Shown piece after piece: positions 38,551-48,743 of a DNA stretch of 64,000 nt (position 1 is the stretch's first letter; each line of letters starts with the position of its first letter). The DNA comes from a virus. Location: the UHGV virus genome UHGV-0021337; one strand, 5' to 3'. The position numbers and the translations under genes were made by a program. The notes under the pieces were generated by a model. It did no database searches. It saw nothing but the letters and a program-made list of their open reading frames with translations, and had not been told where the DNA came from.

Positions 38551-40213
38551 TATAGAAGAAAAACAACCTAAGAAATGTCCAGGACTGACATCGTTGTTTG
38601 TTTCTTTTGATTATCGACCTCAGATTGTTGAAACATTGAAACAAGTTGACGGTGCACAGTATGACAGTAAAAATAAAACTTGGGAAGTACCTCTTCTGGG
38701 ATTACAACAATTACTTGATGCGTTTGCTAATATAGATGATGTTCAAGTTAAACTGTTGAAATCAAAAGCAAAAGAACAACATACATATAGACTTAAGAAA
38801 TACAAAACTGAAGCATTTAAGCATCAAAAAGAAGCAATTCAATTTGGACTAAACAACGAACGATTCTTACTAAATGATGCTCCCGGGTTAGGCAAAACTG
38901 CAACCATAATACATCTTGCTGAAGAGCTTAAATCCAGAGAAAACTTAAAACATTGTTTAGTTGTTTGTGGAATAAATGCTCTAAAGTCAAACTGGGCAAA
39001 AGAAATTGCTAAGCATTGTGACCTTGATTCTATAATAGTTGGGCAGAAAATTACTAAAACAGGTAAAACTGTTGTAACTTCTGTAAAAGAACGCTTGGAG
39101 CAATTTAAGCAAAAGATTACCGAATTTTTTGTCATCATAAACATTGAGTCGTTGAGAGAAGATGCTATTGTAAAGGCAATAAATAATGGCCCTAATAAGT
39201 TTGACATGATCGTCATAGATGAATGCCATAAAGTAAAAAATCCGCAAGCTCAACAGTCAAAAAACTTTCTTAAATTAACAAAAGCAGAACATCGTATAGG
39301 ATTAACAGGAACTGTAATGGTCAATAGTCCTCTCGATTGTTATATGCCATTAAAGTGGATTGGAGCTGAACATTCAGCATTTACTAACTTCAGATATTTC
39401 TATTGTATATATGATGACAAATTTCATAACATACTGATGGGGTATAAGAATACCAAGTTGCTTAAAAACCAACTAGACAATTACTCTTTAAGACGAACAA
39501 AAGACTTACTTGAGTTACCTCCTAAAACTATTATAAAAGAGATAGTAGAAATGGAACCTACACAAGTAATATTCTATGACCAAGTTAAAAAAGGAATAAA
39601 GGACCAAGTAGATAAAGTTAAGTTAACAACAGCAAACGTTTTAGCATTATCTGCAAGATTGAGGCAAGCAACTGTTTGTCCTTCTATTTTAACAACAGAA
39701 AACATTCCTTCTGCAAAACTTGACCGTTGCGTCGATTTAGTTGAGGAAATAGTAGAAAGTGGAAGTAAGGTAGTTATCTTTTCAGTTTTCAAAGAACCAT
39801 TAAATGTTCTACAAAAATTGTTAGCTAAGTATAATCCACTTATTGGAACTGGTGATCTGCCTGACGATGTCGTTTCTAAAAACATCGATAAATTTCAAAA
39901 TGACTCAAAATATAAAGTATTTCTTGGTACACATAGTAAGATGGGGACAGGTGTTACACTTACAGCAGCATCTTATGCCATAATGCTCGACCAGTTGTGG
40001 ACTCCTGCTGATAACTTACAGTCAGAAGATAGGATATACCGTATAGGAACAACAAAGGGTGTTTTCATCTACTATTTGATAACAAAAGACACAATTGATG
40101 AACACGTGGATAAAGTTGTAAACGATAAATCCATAGTTGTTGATTACATTGTTGACGGACAAGTTCCTGCAAAAGCAGTCGACAGACTACGTGAGTTGAT
40201 TACGGATTTATGA
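38543..40213 (+). CDS. SNF2-family helicase
   Basis: Motif I is DAPGLGKT, motif II is VIDECHKVKN (DExH), motif III is LTGTVMVNSP. The C-terminal helicase motifs are GVTLTAASYAIMLD and QSEDRIYRIG. Confidence 0.8.
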   Translation: MISIEEKQPKKCPGLTSLFVSFDYRPQIVETLKQVDGAQYDSKNKTWEVPLLGLQQLLDAFANIDDVQVKLLKSKAKEQHTYRLKKYKTEAFKHQKEAIQFGLNNERFLLNDAPGLGKTATIIHLAEELKSRENLKHCLVVCGINALKSNWAKEIAKHCDLDSIIVGQKITKTGKTVVTSVKERLEQFKQKITEFFVIINIESLREDAIVKAINNGPNKFDMIVIDECHKVKNPQAQQSKNFLKLTKAEHRIGLTGTVMVNSPLDCYMPLKWIGAEHSAFTNFRYFYCIYDDKFHNILMGYKNTKLLKNQLDNYSLRRTKDLLELPPKTIIKEIVEMEPTQVIFYDQVKKGIKDQVDKVKLTTANVLALSARLRQATVCPSILTTENIPSAKLDRCVDLVEEIVESGSKVVIFSVFKEPLNVLQKLLAKYNPLIGTGDLPDDVVSKNIDKFQNDSKYKVFLGTHSKMGTGVTLTAASYAIMLDQLWTPADNLQSEDRIYRIGTTKGVFIYYLITKDTIDEHVDKVVNDKSIVVDYIVDGQVPAKAVDRLRELITDL

Positions 40214-40283
40214 AGTTGATTGTTATTTACTTCTACAATATAATCATTGTATCAACGTTGCACACAATGATTTGTAAACTAAA

Positions 40284-40316
40284 GAGAATCGAGTGTCAAG
40301 CACTTGATTCTTTTAT
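40284..40316 (+). terminator. rho-independent terminator after the SNF2 gene
   Basis: GAATCGAGTG-tcaag-CACTTGATTC followed by TTTTATT. Confidence 0.6.
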
Positions 40317-40365
40317 TGTATTACCATATAATATAACTGTAAATTGAATTATCTGAGGAGATTGA

Positions 40366-41205
40366 ATGTTAGATGACTTGCGAAGAAGTTTAGAGTCTCA
40401 TGCGGACGCTACAATACCTGGTTGGAGACAGCTTTCTAAAATAGAGCTATGTAATAAGTATATAGACATTGATGGTGATAAAGATGCTTATCTTGAGTGT
40501 AGGAATAATCCACAAAAGTCAGCTTATTTTGCAGCAATAATAGCGAAGTATTGGAATTCTATCAATAGGTGTTATAGTAAGGTTTATAAAACTGCGTCTG
40601 TACAAGATTGTTACGATATGGTTGTAGACGGGATTATGTGTGCGTTAAAACTTGCACCTTGGAGAAACCCAAATAACAAGCTATATAACGACCCTAAAGG
40701 TCCAGATAAAGCGATAAATGTATCTATTTCGTCTGCAATTCTTGTGTACTACCAGTTTTCAAATACTTTGAAACGAAGGGCAAACGTTGCGGCAATCAGT
40801 GTCGAATATCTACAAGATGAATTTGGAGATACAGCATTCAAAGAGGCAAATGAATTAGATGAAGAAAAAGACATTGTTGTTGAAACATTAGTTCGACAGA
40901 ATTTTCAAAAACAGAACTATATCGCATCTTTTGTTATTGATGGTGCAGCGTATGGTGACTGTTTGAAATTTACAAAAGAACATAGTGGGTATATAACGTC
41001 TCAGTTTAGTAAACGATTACTTCTAAGACATTTGAGAGCGTTAGATTCAGACTATGTTTCTATTTTTTCAAAAAGATATAGCTTAGATAAAACAAAAGTA
41101 CAGGAAGCAGCAGATATTTGTTTATCTACTTCATCTTCCAGAATTGACACAGTTATTAGAAAAACATTTGAGTCATTACGTCATAGTAATTATTTTGAGG
41201 TGTAG
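40366..41205 (+). CDS. hypothetical protein (possible replication-initiation factor, by position)
   Basis: RBS GAGGAG. It lies upstream of the DnaC-like gene. Confidence 0.45.
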   Translation: MLDDLRRSLESHADATIPGWRQLSKIELCNKYIDIDGDKDAYLECRNNPQKSAYFAAIIAKYWNSINRCYSKVYKTASVQDCYDMVVDGIMCALKLAPWRNPNNKLYNDPKGPDKAINVSISSAILVYYQFSNTLKRRANVAAISVEYLQDEFGDTAFKEANELDEEKDIVVETLVRQNFQKQNYIASFVIDGAAYGDCLKFTKEHSGYITSQFSKRLLLRHLRALDSDYVSIFSKRYSLDKTKVQEAADICLSTSSSRIDTVIRKTFESLRHSNYFEV

Positions 41206-41934
41206 ATGTTAGTGGATTTATTATCAACAGATTGTCAAGTTAGTTATAATTGTAATCTAGCACAGGTTATAGGACTACATGCGTCGATTTATGTTACAGA
41301 GCTAATAAACATAAGTCGTAAAGCAGCACAGAAAAAGAAGTTGTTTGATGATAGGTATTTTGTTGTTGATAGAAAATATATAACAGCTAGAACAACTTTA
41401 GCTCCTGCAGAACAGAAATCAATTGAAAAAGGTCTTGAAGAGTTAAACATTGTTTCGTTTGGAAAAGTTCCGGATTCTGTTTACATTGATTTGACAACAT
41501 TATCTGGCGTTATGATTGGTGATGCAGATATTCAGGAAAAAGCAAAGAAAGCTGCACAAAATCTTGCAACAAAGTCAAAACCTATGACAGCAAAACAGCG
41601 TTGTGCTATTGATATGAAAAAGTATATCTATACTACAAATTCTGAGTTATATTCTGCGTATAGTGAGTGGATTGATGCTGTTTGTGATAAACTCGGATGG
41701 ATGTCTCAAAAAGCCGTAACAGTTGGACAACAAACAGTCGATAATTACGCTAAAGGCGATTTAGACGTAGCGTTGAAGATAATTGAACTTGCAACAGCAG
41801 CTGGGTATCGAGATGTTAATTGGGCAATAAGTGCATTTGAAAAAGATTATAAGTCAAGATTTGAAGCAGAACGAAAAGAGGCGAGTAAGCCAACATTGCG
41901 GATTCGAAAAGAAGTTGGTAACGAGGTGTTCTAA
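41206..41934 (+). CDS. hypothetical protein
   Basis: ORF, coupled to its neighbours. Confidence 0.45.
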   Translation: MLVDLLSTDCQVSYNCNLAQVIGLHASIYVTELINISRKAAQKKKLFDDRYFVVDRKYITARTTLAPAEQKSIEKGLEELNIVSFGKVPDSVYIDLTTLSGVMIGDADIQEKAKKAAQNLATKSKPMTAKQRCAIDMKKYIYTTNSELYSAYSEWIDAVCDKLGWMSQKAVTVGQQTVDNYAKGDLDVALKIIELATAAGYRDVNWAISAFEKDYKSRFEAERKEASKPTLRIRKEVGNEVF

Positions 41935-42611
41935 TGATTGAAGTAAATGATTGCTGGATGAAAGGGCGTTGTCCTAAATTTAATCGTTGCCCCGAATTTT
42001 GCATGAAGTTATTTAAGCTATCCGAATTGTACGATAAAGCTCTAATTTCGTTAAAACAACGACAGCATATTAACCTTAGAGTTGATGCAGATGGAACTGA
42101 CAGTGACAAGTTTGTTCAGCTCAAAGATATTGCAAACGATATAGATAAGTTTGTAGATAACGGAAAAACGTTGTATATTCATTCAAGAAATACAGGAAAT
42201 GGAAAAACTTCGTGGGCCTTACGTTTTGTTGAGAATTACTTTGAAAGTATTTGGTGGAAATCTGATTTAACGTGTAAAGCACTATACATTAGTGTTCCAC
42301 GGTACATATTAGCTCTGAAAGCGAGTATAAGCAAACCTGATGAATATATCAACTATATTCACGAAAATATCTTCAAAGCAGATTTAGTAATTCTCGATGA
42401 AATAGGAATTAAAGCAGCGACAACGTTCGAAATGGAACATTTGTTAGACTTTGTAAATCATAGAATTGAGTTAGGTAAGTCAACAATTTACACTTCGAAT
42501 TTGACAGACAACGAATTACAAGAACGTTTAGGAGATAGGTTGTATAGTCGTATTGCAAATAGTACGTATAACGTTGAATTTTTAGGTCAGGATAAGAGGT
42601 ATTTGAAATGA
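41934..42611 (+). CDS. DnaC/IstB-like AAA+ helicase loader
   Basis: Walker A is GNGKTSWA. Walker B is LVILDEIG. Confidence 0.7.
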   Translation: MIEVNDCWMKGRCPKFNRCPEFCMKLFKLSELYDKALISLKQRQHINLRVDADGTDSDKFVQLKDIANDIDKFVDNGKTLYIHSRNTGNGKTSWALRFVENYFESIWWKSDLTCKALYISVPRYILALKASISKPDEYINYIHENIFKADLVILDEIGIKAATTFEMEHLLDFVNHRIELGKSTIYTSNLTDNELQERLGDRLYSRIANSTYNVEFLGQDKRYLK

Positions 42612-43888
42612 TTCAGTTACAAGTTTTAAATCGTGTTCTAAGTAATCATGATGCATCAATGTTATTAACAAATAACTTGAATCAAGAGTTCTTTAGCGAT
42701 TACATTTCTGAATATAACTTTATTCAAGAGCACTTACGAAAATACGGAACGGTCCCGGACGAAGTAACATTTCTTGCTAAGTTTCCTGACTTTGATGTTA
42801 TAAATGTAACAGAGACAGACAGTTATCTTGTTGATGCATTGTTTGAAGATAGAAATAAACGAATGCTTGCAAGAGTATTTAATCGTGTTCGTGAACTCCT
42901 TAATGCAGGAAAAGTTGACGAAGCGATGAAAACATATATGGCAGCGTCAAATGATGTTGTTAAAGCAACACATCTTGATTGTGTAGACATTTTAACAGAC
43001 ACTTCAAGATATGACGCATATGTTGAACGAACAGAATATTATAACAAGTATTACGTTAAAACAGGCATAAAAGAACTAGATGATGTTATTGGTGGTTGGG
43101 ATAGGAAAGAAGAACTTGCAACAATAGCTGCACGAACAAACGTTGGTAAGTCTTGGATACTTTTGAAAGTAGCAATTGCAGCAGCACAACAAGGGTTAAA
43201 TGTTGGTATATATTCAGGCGAGATGACAGAAAATAAAGTTGGATATAGAATTGACACTCTAGTTTCACATATTTCAAACGGTAAGTTAATTCACGGCGAC
43301 AGCTCAATTGAAAATGATTATAAAAGATATCTTGAAGGATTAAAAGATAAGATTCCCGGCTCTATAAAAGTTTTAACTCCTGCAATGATAGGGTGTACTC
43401 CTGGTGTTACAGCATTAAGGGCGTTTATTGAAAAGGAAAAACTGGATATGTTATGCATTGACCAACATTCTTTGTTAGAAGATGACAGAGGTGCTAGAGA
43501 CCCTGTCCAAAAAGCAGCAGATATATCCAAAGATTTGAAAACACTACAAGTATTAAAACAGATACCTATTATTGCAGTTTCGCAATTAAATAGAACAGCA
43601 GTAAATTCAGAGACTGGGCTTGATCCCTCGCACATTGCACAATCGGACAGAATTGCTCAAGATAGTACGATAATCATAGGGCTCGAGAAGAAAGAAAATG
43701 TTATGACATTAACACTGTTGAAATCAAGAGATAGTTTAGTTGGTGCAAGATTAAAATACGCTCTTGATTTAGATAAAGGTATGTTTATTTTTATTCCGAA
43801 CGAAGATGACGCGACAAACGGACAGGGTTGTGAAGAACTTAAAAAACAATTTGAAGCAGTTGAAAGTACAGGGACGGACGTTTTTTAA
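42608..43888 (+). CDS. DnaB-like replicative helicase
   Basis: Walker A is ARTNVGKSW within a RecA-like C-terminal domain. An N-terminal helical domain is present. 426 aa. Confidence 0.75.
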   Translation: MIQLQVLNRVLSNHDASMLLTNNLNQEFFSDYISEYNFIQEHLRKYGTVPDEVTFLAKFPDFDVINVTETDSYLVDALFEDRNKRMLARVFNRVRELLNAGKVDEAMKTYMAASNDVVKATHLDCVDILTDTSRYDAYVERTEYYNKYYVKTGIKELDDVIGGWDRKEELATIAARTNVGKSWILLKVAIAAAQQGLNVGIYSGEMTENKVGYRIDTLVSHISNGKLIHGDSSIENDYKRYLEGLKDKIPGSIKVLTPAMIGCTPGVTALRAFIEKEKLDMLCIDQHSLLEDDRGARDPVQKAADISKDLKTLQVLKQIPIIAVSQLNRTAVNSETGLDPSHIAQSDRIAQDSTIIIGLEKKENVMTLTLLKSRDSLVGARLKYALDLDKGMFIFIPNEDDATNGQGCEELKKQFEAVESTGTDVF

Positions 43889-44829
43889 TGGAGTTAGTAA
43901 TCAACAACAAACTAATAGACACACCCATAACAACTATACTAGAGACATTAAGAGAAGAAAGTAACAGAGGTTTATTTGCTCAAATCCACAACAAAGGTGA
44001 CAATATAATGACGAATTGTCCGTGTCACAAAAATGGACTAGAGAGAAAGCCTTCTTGTAGTATTTATAACTCCACAAGTGGTAGCACTCAATACGGTTGG
44101 GTCCACTGTTTTGCTTGCGGGTATAATGTTCCACTATATAAAATGGTCGGAGATGTTTTTGGCGAAGACGAGAATTTTGGTAAAGACTGGTTATTAAATC
44201 GGTTCGGAAATACATTAGTTGAAAACATAAAAATACTTGATGAGATAAAGTTAGAAAAACCTAAACAAGAATTTTTAGATGATTCTGTTCTTAGACAGTA
44301 CAACTACCACACTAATTATTGGGCTACCAGACAGATAAGCGATGAGGTCATACAAAAATTTGAGCTCGGCTACGATATTCAGAACGATATGGTAGTTTTT
44401 CCTATGCGTAACGCACAAGGAAAATTGGTTATGTTAACAAAACGTAGTACAAAAACAAAATTTTTTCAAATCGATGAAGATAAAGAAAAACCTGTTTATT
44501 TGTTGTACTATTGTATTAAAAATAATATAGATACAGTTGTTGTTTGTGAGTCTCAGATCAATGCATTAACATTGTGGAGCTGGGGTATTCCTGCTGTAGC
44601 GTTAGTGGGGACAGGCTCAGTTTCGCAGTATAAAGTTCTTAAACGCAGTGGAATAAGACATTACATTTTAGCATTTGACGGAGACAACGCAGGAGATAAA
44701 GGAACACAACGATTCATATCGAATATGCCAAAAGACATTTTGATAAGTATTAAACGAATACCTCGTGGTAAAGATGTTAACGATTTATCTAAAGAGCTTT
44801 TTGAATCTTTACCTGAAGATATCATATAA
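43888..44829 (+). CDS. DnaG-like primase
   Basis: Zinc finger CPCHKNG...HCFACG. TOPRIM residues VVCESQ (E) and FDGDNAGDKG (DxD). Confidence 0.75.
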   Translation: MELVINNKLIDTPITTILETLREESNRGLFAQIHNKGDNIMTNCPCHKNGLERKPSCSIYNSTSGSTQYGWVHCFACGYNVPLYKMVGDVFGEDENFGKDWLLNRFGNTLVENIKILDEIKLEKPKQEFLDDSVLRQYNYHTNYWATRQISDEVIQKFELGYDIQNDMVVFPMRNAQGKLVMLTKRSTKTKFFQIDEDKEKPVYLLYYCIKNNIDTVVVCESQINALTLWSWGIPAVALVGTGSVSQYKVLKRSGIRHYILAFDGDNAGDKGTQRFISNMPKDILISIKRIPRGKDVNDLSKELFESLPEDII

Positions 44830-44869
44830 TAATTGTATAAATAAACGTAATAAATTGGAGGATCCTTAG

Positions 44870-45832
44870 ATGGGAAGAATTTCCGAAGAAGAACTCAATG
44901 CTACTTCCAGTAGCAATACTAATCAGAACGACTCTCCTTACTATTGGTATTTTGGTCTCGCAAAAGAAGGCGATAGTGCAATAGTAAGAATAATGGACAA
45001 CTCTCGAGAGGATTTAGAGCCTCTTGCTACGCACCCTGTAAAGATTAAGGGTAAGTATCGCAGAGTAAGTTGTTTACGCGACACAAAAGAACCTCTTGAA
45101 TTGTGTCCACTTTGTGCGGCTGAAGCTCCAAGAGAGAAAAAAGTTTATATTCATTTAATCGAATACATAACTGCAGCTGACGGGTCTGTAATTCCTACAC
45201 CAAGAGTTTGGGAAAGACCTACTGGGTATATAAACGAATTAAACGAGTATATGGCAGACTATGCTCCTTTATCTGATAATGTATTTAAGATAAAAAGAAC
45301 AGGTCAAGGTGCAGGAACCAGATATGCATTGATTCCGCTCAATCCTGCAACTGTGAATATATCTAAATATCCAAAAGACGAATCATTCTTTGCAAACTAT
45401 AAAGCGCTCGGTGTGAATGTTCAAGTAAGAGATGCCGAAAACATCATAAAGGGTATGTCAGATGGAACACTTACGTTTGAAGTGAAACAAGCGGAAGCTC
45501 AAGCTACTCCGGATGCAACAACGTTAACACCTAACGCTGTGCCTGAAGCTCCTGTCCAGCAAACTGTAGAAACTCCTGTGTCGAGTGTTGTTCCCCCCGT
45601 TATAACACCTTCAGCAACAGTAGCTACTCATAACCAAGACAATATATCTATCGCTCCTGTAACACCTGTTGCTCCGCCTGTTGCGCCTGTTGTACCACCC
45701 GTTACGCCGGTAGCTCCTGCTACAAATAATAATCCTTGGGCGCAACCTGCTCCAAGAAGGACATATACTCCCTCTACTCCTGTAAATAATTCAGCTCCTG
45801 CATCTGGTTTTAGACCTATTCGTAATGTATAA
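44870..45832 (+). CDS. putative gp32-like ssDNA-binding protein with a Pro/Val/Ala-rich C-terminal tail
   Basis: The H-x12-C-x10-C-x2-C arrangement (HPVKIKGKYRRVSCLRDTKEPLELCPLC) mirrors the His/Cys3 zinc subdomain spacing of T4 gp32. The C-terminal 90 aa are PVxP repeats. It lies between the primase and the polymerase. Confidence 0.45.
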   Translation: MGRISEEELNATSSSNTNQNDSPYYWYFGLAKEGDSAIVRIMDNSREDLEPLATHPVKIKGKYRRVSCLRDTKEPLELCPLCAAEAPREKKVYIHLIEYITAADGSVIPTPRVWERPTGYINELNEYMADYAPLSDNVFKIKRTGQGAGTRYALIPLNPATVNISKYPKDESFFANYKALGVNVQVRDAENIIKGMSDGTLTFEVKQAEAQATPDATTLTPNAVPEAPVQQTVETPVSSVVPPVITPSATVATHNQDNISIAPVTPVAPPVAPVVPPVTPVAPATNNNPWAQPAPRRTYTPSTPVNNSAPASGFRPIRNV

Positions 45833-45897
45833 CACTTGCACTAATAGTTTAACGAATAAGTGTTAAGTTTATAAAACAAGTGTTAGATGGAGGATAG

Positions 45898-48396
45898 ATG
45901 GCAGGATCATTGTGGGGCGAGAGTTTCGAGATTCCTGAAACTCCAAAAGTTGTTAAAAAAGTACTTGAGAAAGTAAATCATCCGAAAGATACAAAAGTTT
46001 CAGTTACAAAGACTATTAAATCTAACAAAGTTTCCGACAGAGATAAGTTGGTTTTAATTCGTGAAAATGTCAACAGAATTTTAGGCAAGTATGGTGATGA
46101 TACTCAGTTAATAAAAACAAGAGAAGAGTTAACAAAGTACATTGACTTTGCAATAAATTGTAGTGAGATAGCAATCGATACAGAAACAGATAATAGTTTG
46201 GACCCGATAACGTGTAAGTTAATGGGTGCGTGTATCTATTCTCCTGGACTTAAAAATGTTTATATTCCTGTAAATCACGTAGATATAAATACTCGTGAAC
46301 GATTTGATTGGCAGCTTACAGAGGCAGATATCAAAGAAGAATTTGACCGTTTAACAGCTGCCAAAACAAAAGTCATAACGCACCATGGAAAGTTCGATTA
46401 TGAAGTTCTAAAAATGACTACAGGTTATGTAATGTCTGTTTATTGGGATACTCTTGTTGGTGAAAAAATACTTGATGAAAACAAGCATGAATACGGCTTG
46501 AAACATCTTTATAGAGATAAATTTGACCCCGAACAAGAAAAGTATGACATAGAAGAATTGTTTGAAGGTGTCGAGTATGCAATAGTGGAGCCTGAGTTGT
46601 TTGCGTTATATGCAGCAACAGATGCTTACATGACTTACAAGTTATATAAATGGCAATTAGAACAATTTGACATTCCTGACCATAGCAGAATTAAGAATTT
46701 ATTTCTTAGCATTGAAATGCCTGTCTTACAAGTTTCCGCAGAAATGGAACTTGCAGGTATATGCTTAGATCAAGAATATGCAAAGAGGTTAAGTGCTAAG
46801 TACGCAAAGAAGCTTGAAGATATTGACGAAAAAACAGAAACGGAAGTTGCTAAATACGAAGACATCATATCTCAGTGGCGATTAACTACAGACGCAAACG
46901 AACATCCTATCAAGAACGGTAAGATGCAGAGGTCAAAAAGTGAACAATTAAAGTTTCCTGTAAACCTTGATAGTCCAACACAGCTCGCTATCTTATTGTA
47001 TGATGTTCTTAAATGTGGTGTTGTAAATAAGAAAAAGCCCAGAGGAACTGGAGAAGAAGAACTTACAGCTATTTATGCAAAGTACAAGATAGAACTTTGT
47101 AACATAATACTAGAGAGAAGAGGTCTTCTTAAGTTGATTACAACATATATAGATAAACTTCCACAGTGTGTAAATCCAGCAGACGGAAAACTCCACGCTA
47201 AGTTTAATCAGCTCGGCGCGGGCACAGGCAGGTTTAGTTCTAGTGACCCAAATCTTCAAAACATTCCGTCTCACGAAAAATCAATAAGAATGTTATTCGA
47301 AGCAAGTCCAGGGTGTTGCCTTTGTGGTGCGGATTTCTCGGCCCAAGAACCTCGTCTTTTAACACAGTTCAGCCAGGATTCTAAGATGCTTAACGCATAC
47401 AAAGAAGGAAAAGACTTGTATGCAATAATAGCTCAACAAGCCTTTCATAATGGATACTGGGATAACATGGAGCATTACGAAGATGGTTCTCCTAATCCAG
47501 AAGGCAAGAAAAGACGTGGTATCGCAAAAACTTTGCTCTTAGGAATAATGTACGGAAGAGGTTGTGCATCTATTGCAGACCAAATAGGGTGTAGTATTCC
47601 CGAAGCTCAAAAAATCATTGATACATTCTTCGAAAGTTTTCCTAAAGTAAGGGATTGGGTGACTAAAACAGAACAAGATGCTAAAAAACTAGGTTATGTT
47701 GAAGACTATTGGGGACGTAGAAGACGACTTCCTGATATTATGAAGCCTAAGTATACAATAACTGCTAAGGGTGAAGACACATCTATTTCAAAAGATTTCA
47801 ACCCGTTGTTAGGTGCATTAGGTCTCGTTAAAAATACACAGGGCACATTGACTGAAAAATGGCAGAATGCATTGTCAAAAATGAAAGGTCGTAAAGAGTA
47901 CGAGCAGATAAAATTGAACGCTGCAAAAGAAGGTGTGACGATAATCGATAATGGTGCATTTATAGCACAAGCAGAAAGGCAGTGTGTAAATGCACGTATT
48001 CAAGGTTCTGCTGCAACGTTAACTAAACTAGCAATGATTGAAGTATTCCACGATGAAGAACTTAGAACTCTTGGATTTAAACTTTTACTTGCAGTTCACG
48101 ACGAGTTGATTGGAGAATGCCCGATTGAAAACGTGAAAAAAGCAGCTGAACGTTTGTCTTATGTTATGGTTAATGCTGGAGTTAAGAATAACGTCGATAC
48201 ACCTATGAAGTGTGATGCAGAAATAGAGGACCATTGGTATTTCAACGAATATAAAACATTGATTAGGAAGGAATACGCAAAATATATTAGTGCAGGAGAT
48301 AGCAAAGAAGTTGCGTGGAGCAAACTTTGTGAGGAGCATTGTGAATCAACTCCTGAGCAGTTAAAAATAATTCTTGAAAGCGAGGAGGTAGCGTGA
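45898..48396 (+). CDS. DNA polymerase, family A with 3'-5' exonuclease domain
   Basis: Exo I is AIDTETDN. Motif A is ADFSAQEPRLL, motif B is RRGIAKTLLLGIMYG, motif C is VHDELIGE. Confidence 0.9.
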   Translation: MAGSLWGESFEIPETPKVVKKVLEKVNHPKDTKVSVTKTIKSNKVSDRDKLVLIRENVNRILGKYGDDTQLIKTREELTKYIDFAINCSEIAIDTETDNSLDPITCKLMGACIYSPGLKNVYIPVNHVDINTRERFDWQLTEADIKEEFDRLTAAKTKVITHHGKFDYEVLKMTTGYVMSVYWDTLVGEKILDENKHEYGLKHLYRDKFDPEQEKYDIEELFEGVEYAIVEPELFALYAATDAYMTYKLYKWQLEQFDIPDHSRIKNLFLSIEMPVLQVSAEMELAGICLDQEYAKRLSAKYAKKLEDIDEKTETEVAKYEDIISQWRLTTDANEHPIKNGKMQRSKSEQLKFPVNLDSPTQLAILLYDVLKCGVVNKKKPRGTGEEELTAIYAKYKIELCNIILERRGLLKLITTYIDKLPQCVNPADGKLHAKFNQLGAGTGRFSSSDPNLQNIPSHEKSIRMLFEASPGCCLCGADFSAQEPRLLTQFSQDSKMLNAYKEGKDLYAIIAQQAFHNGYWDNMEHYEDGSPNPEGKKRRGIAKTLLLGIMYGRGCASIADQIGCSIPEAQKIIDTFFESFPKVRDWVTKTEQDAKKLGYVEDYWGRRRRLPDIMKPKYTITAKGEDTSISKDFNPLLGALGLVKNTQGTLTEKWQNALSKMKGRKEYEQIKLNAAKEGVTIIDNGAFIAQAERQCVNARIQGSAATLTKLAMIEVFHDEELRTLGFKLLLAVHDELIGECPIENVKKAAERLSYVMVNAGVKNNVDTPMKCDAEIEDHWYFNEYKTLIRKEYAKYISAGDSKEVAWSKLCEEHCESTPEQLKIILESEEVA

Positions 48397-48659
48397 CTTT
48401 TACATTAGATGGCGTAGAGGCAATAGGACTAGTAGCTACAGTCATTCTTGTTGCTTCTATGTGTTTCAATACTAAAACTTTTATCGGAACATTACTTATG
48501 CGAGTTTTGAATCTTGTATGTAGTGTTGTGTGGATTATATATGCCTGTGCTCATACGCCAGGACTTTTATCAACTTTGGTTTCAAACATTTTGTTAACAA
48601 TTATCAATTTGTATTTTCTTATCATTGCCGTAAAAAATAAAGATAACTTTGGTAAGTAA
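48393..48659 (+). CDS. small 3-TM membrane protein (GTG start, overlaps the polymerase stop)
   Basis: Three hydrophobic helices, loosely SemiSWEET/holin-like in size. Confidence 0.4.
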   Translation: MTFTLDGVEAIGLVATVILVASMCFNTKTFIGTLLMRVLNLVCSVVWIIYACAHTPGLLSTLVSNILLTIINLYFLIIAVKNKDNFGK

Positions 48660-48683
48660 ACAAAATAGTTTGTATACATATAT

Positions 48684-48743
48684 AGAGGGATGTTCAGTTG
48701 TCTACTCCCGCCCTCTTAAAAATAAATTAAAACGGAGACTATT
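48684..48743 (+). promoter_or_regulatory. candidate preQ1-I-like riboswitch / structured leader upstream of the YhhQ-family transporter
   Basis: AGAGGG-(21-nt loop AUGUUCAGUUGUCUACUCCCG)-CCCUCU is followed by the A-rich tail UAAAAAUAAAUUAAAACGGAG. For comparison, the B. subtilis preQ1-I aptamer is AGAGG-UUCUAGCUACA-CCCUCU-AUAAAAAACUAAGGA. The loop CUCC can pair with the SD GGAG. The loop is longer than the consensus. Confidence 0.3.
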
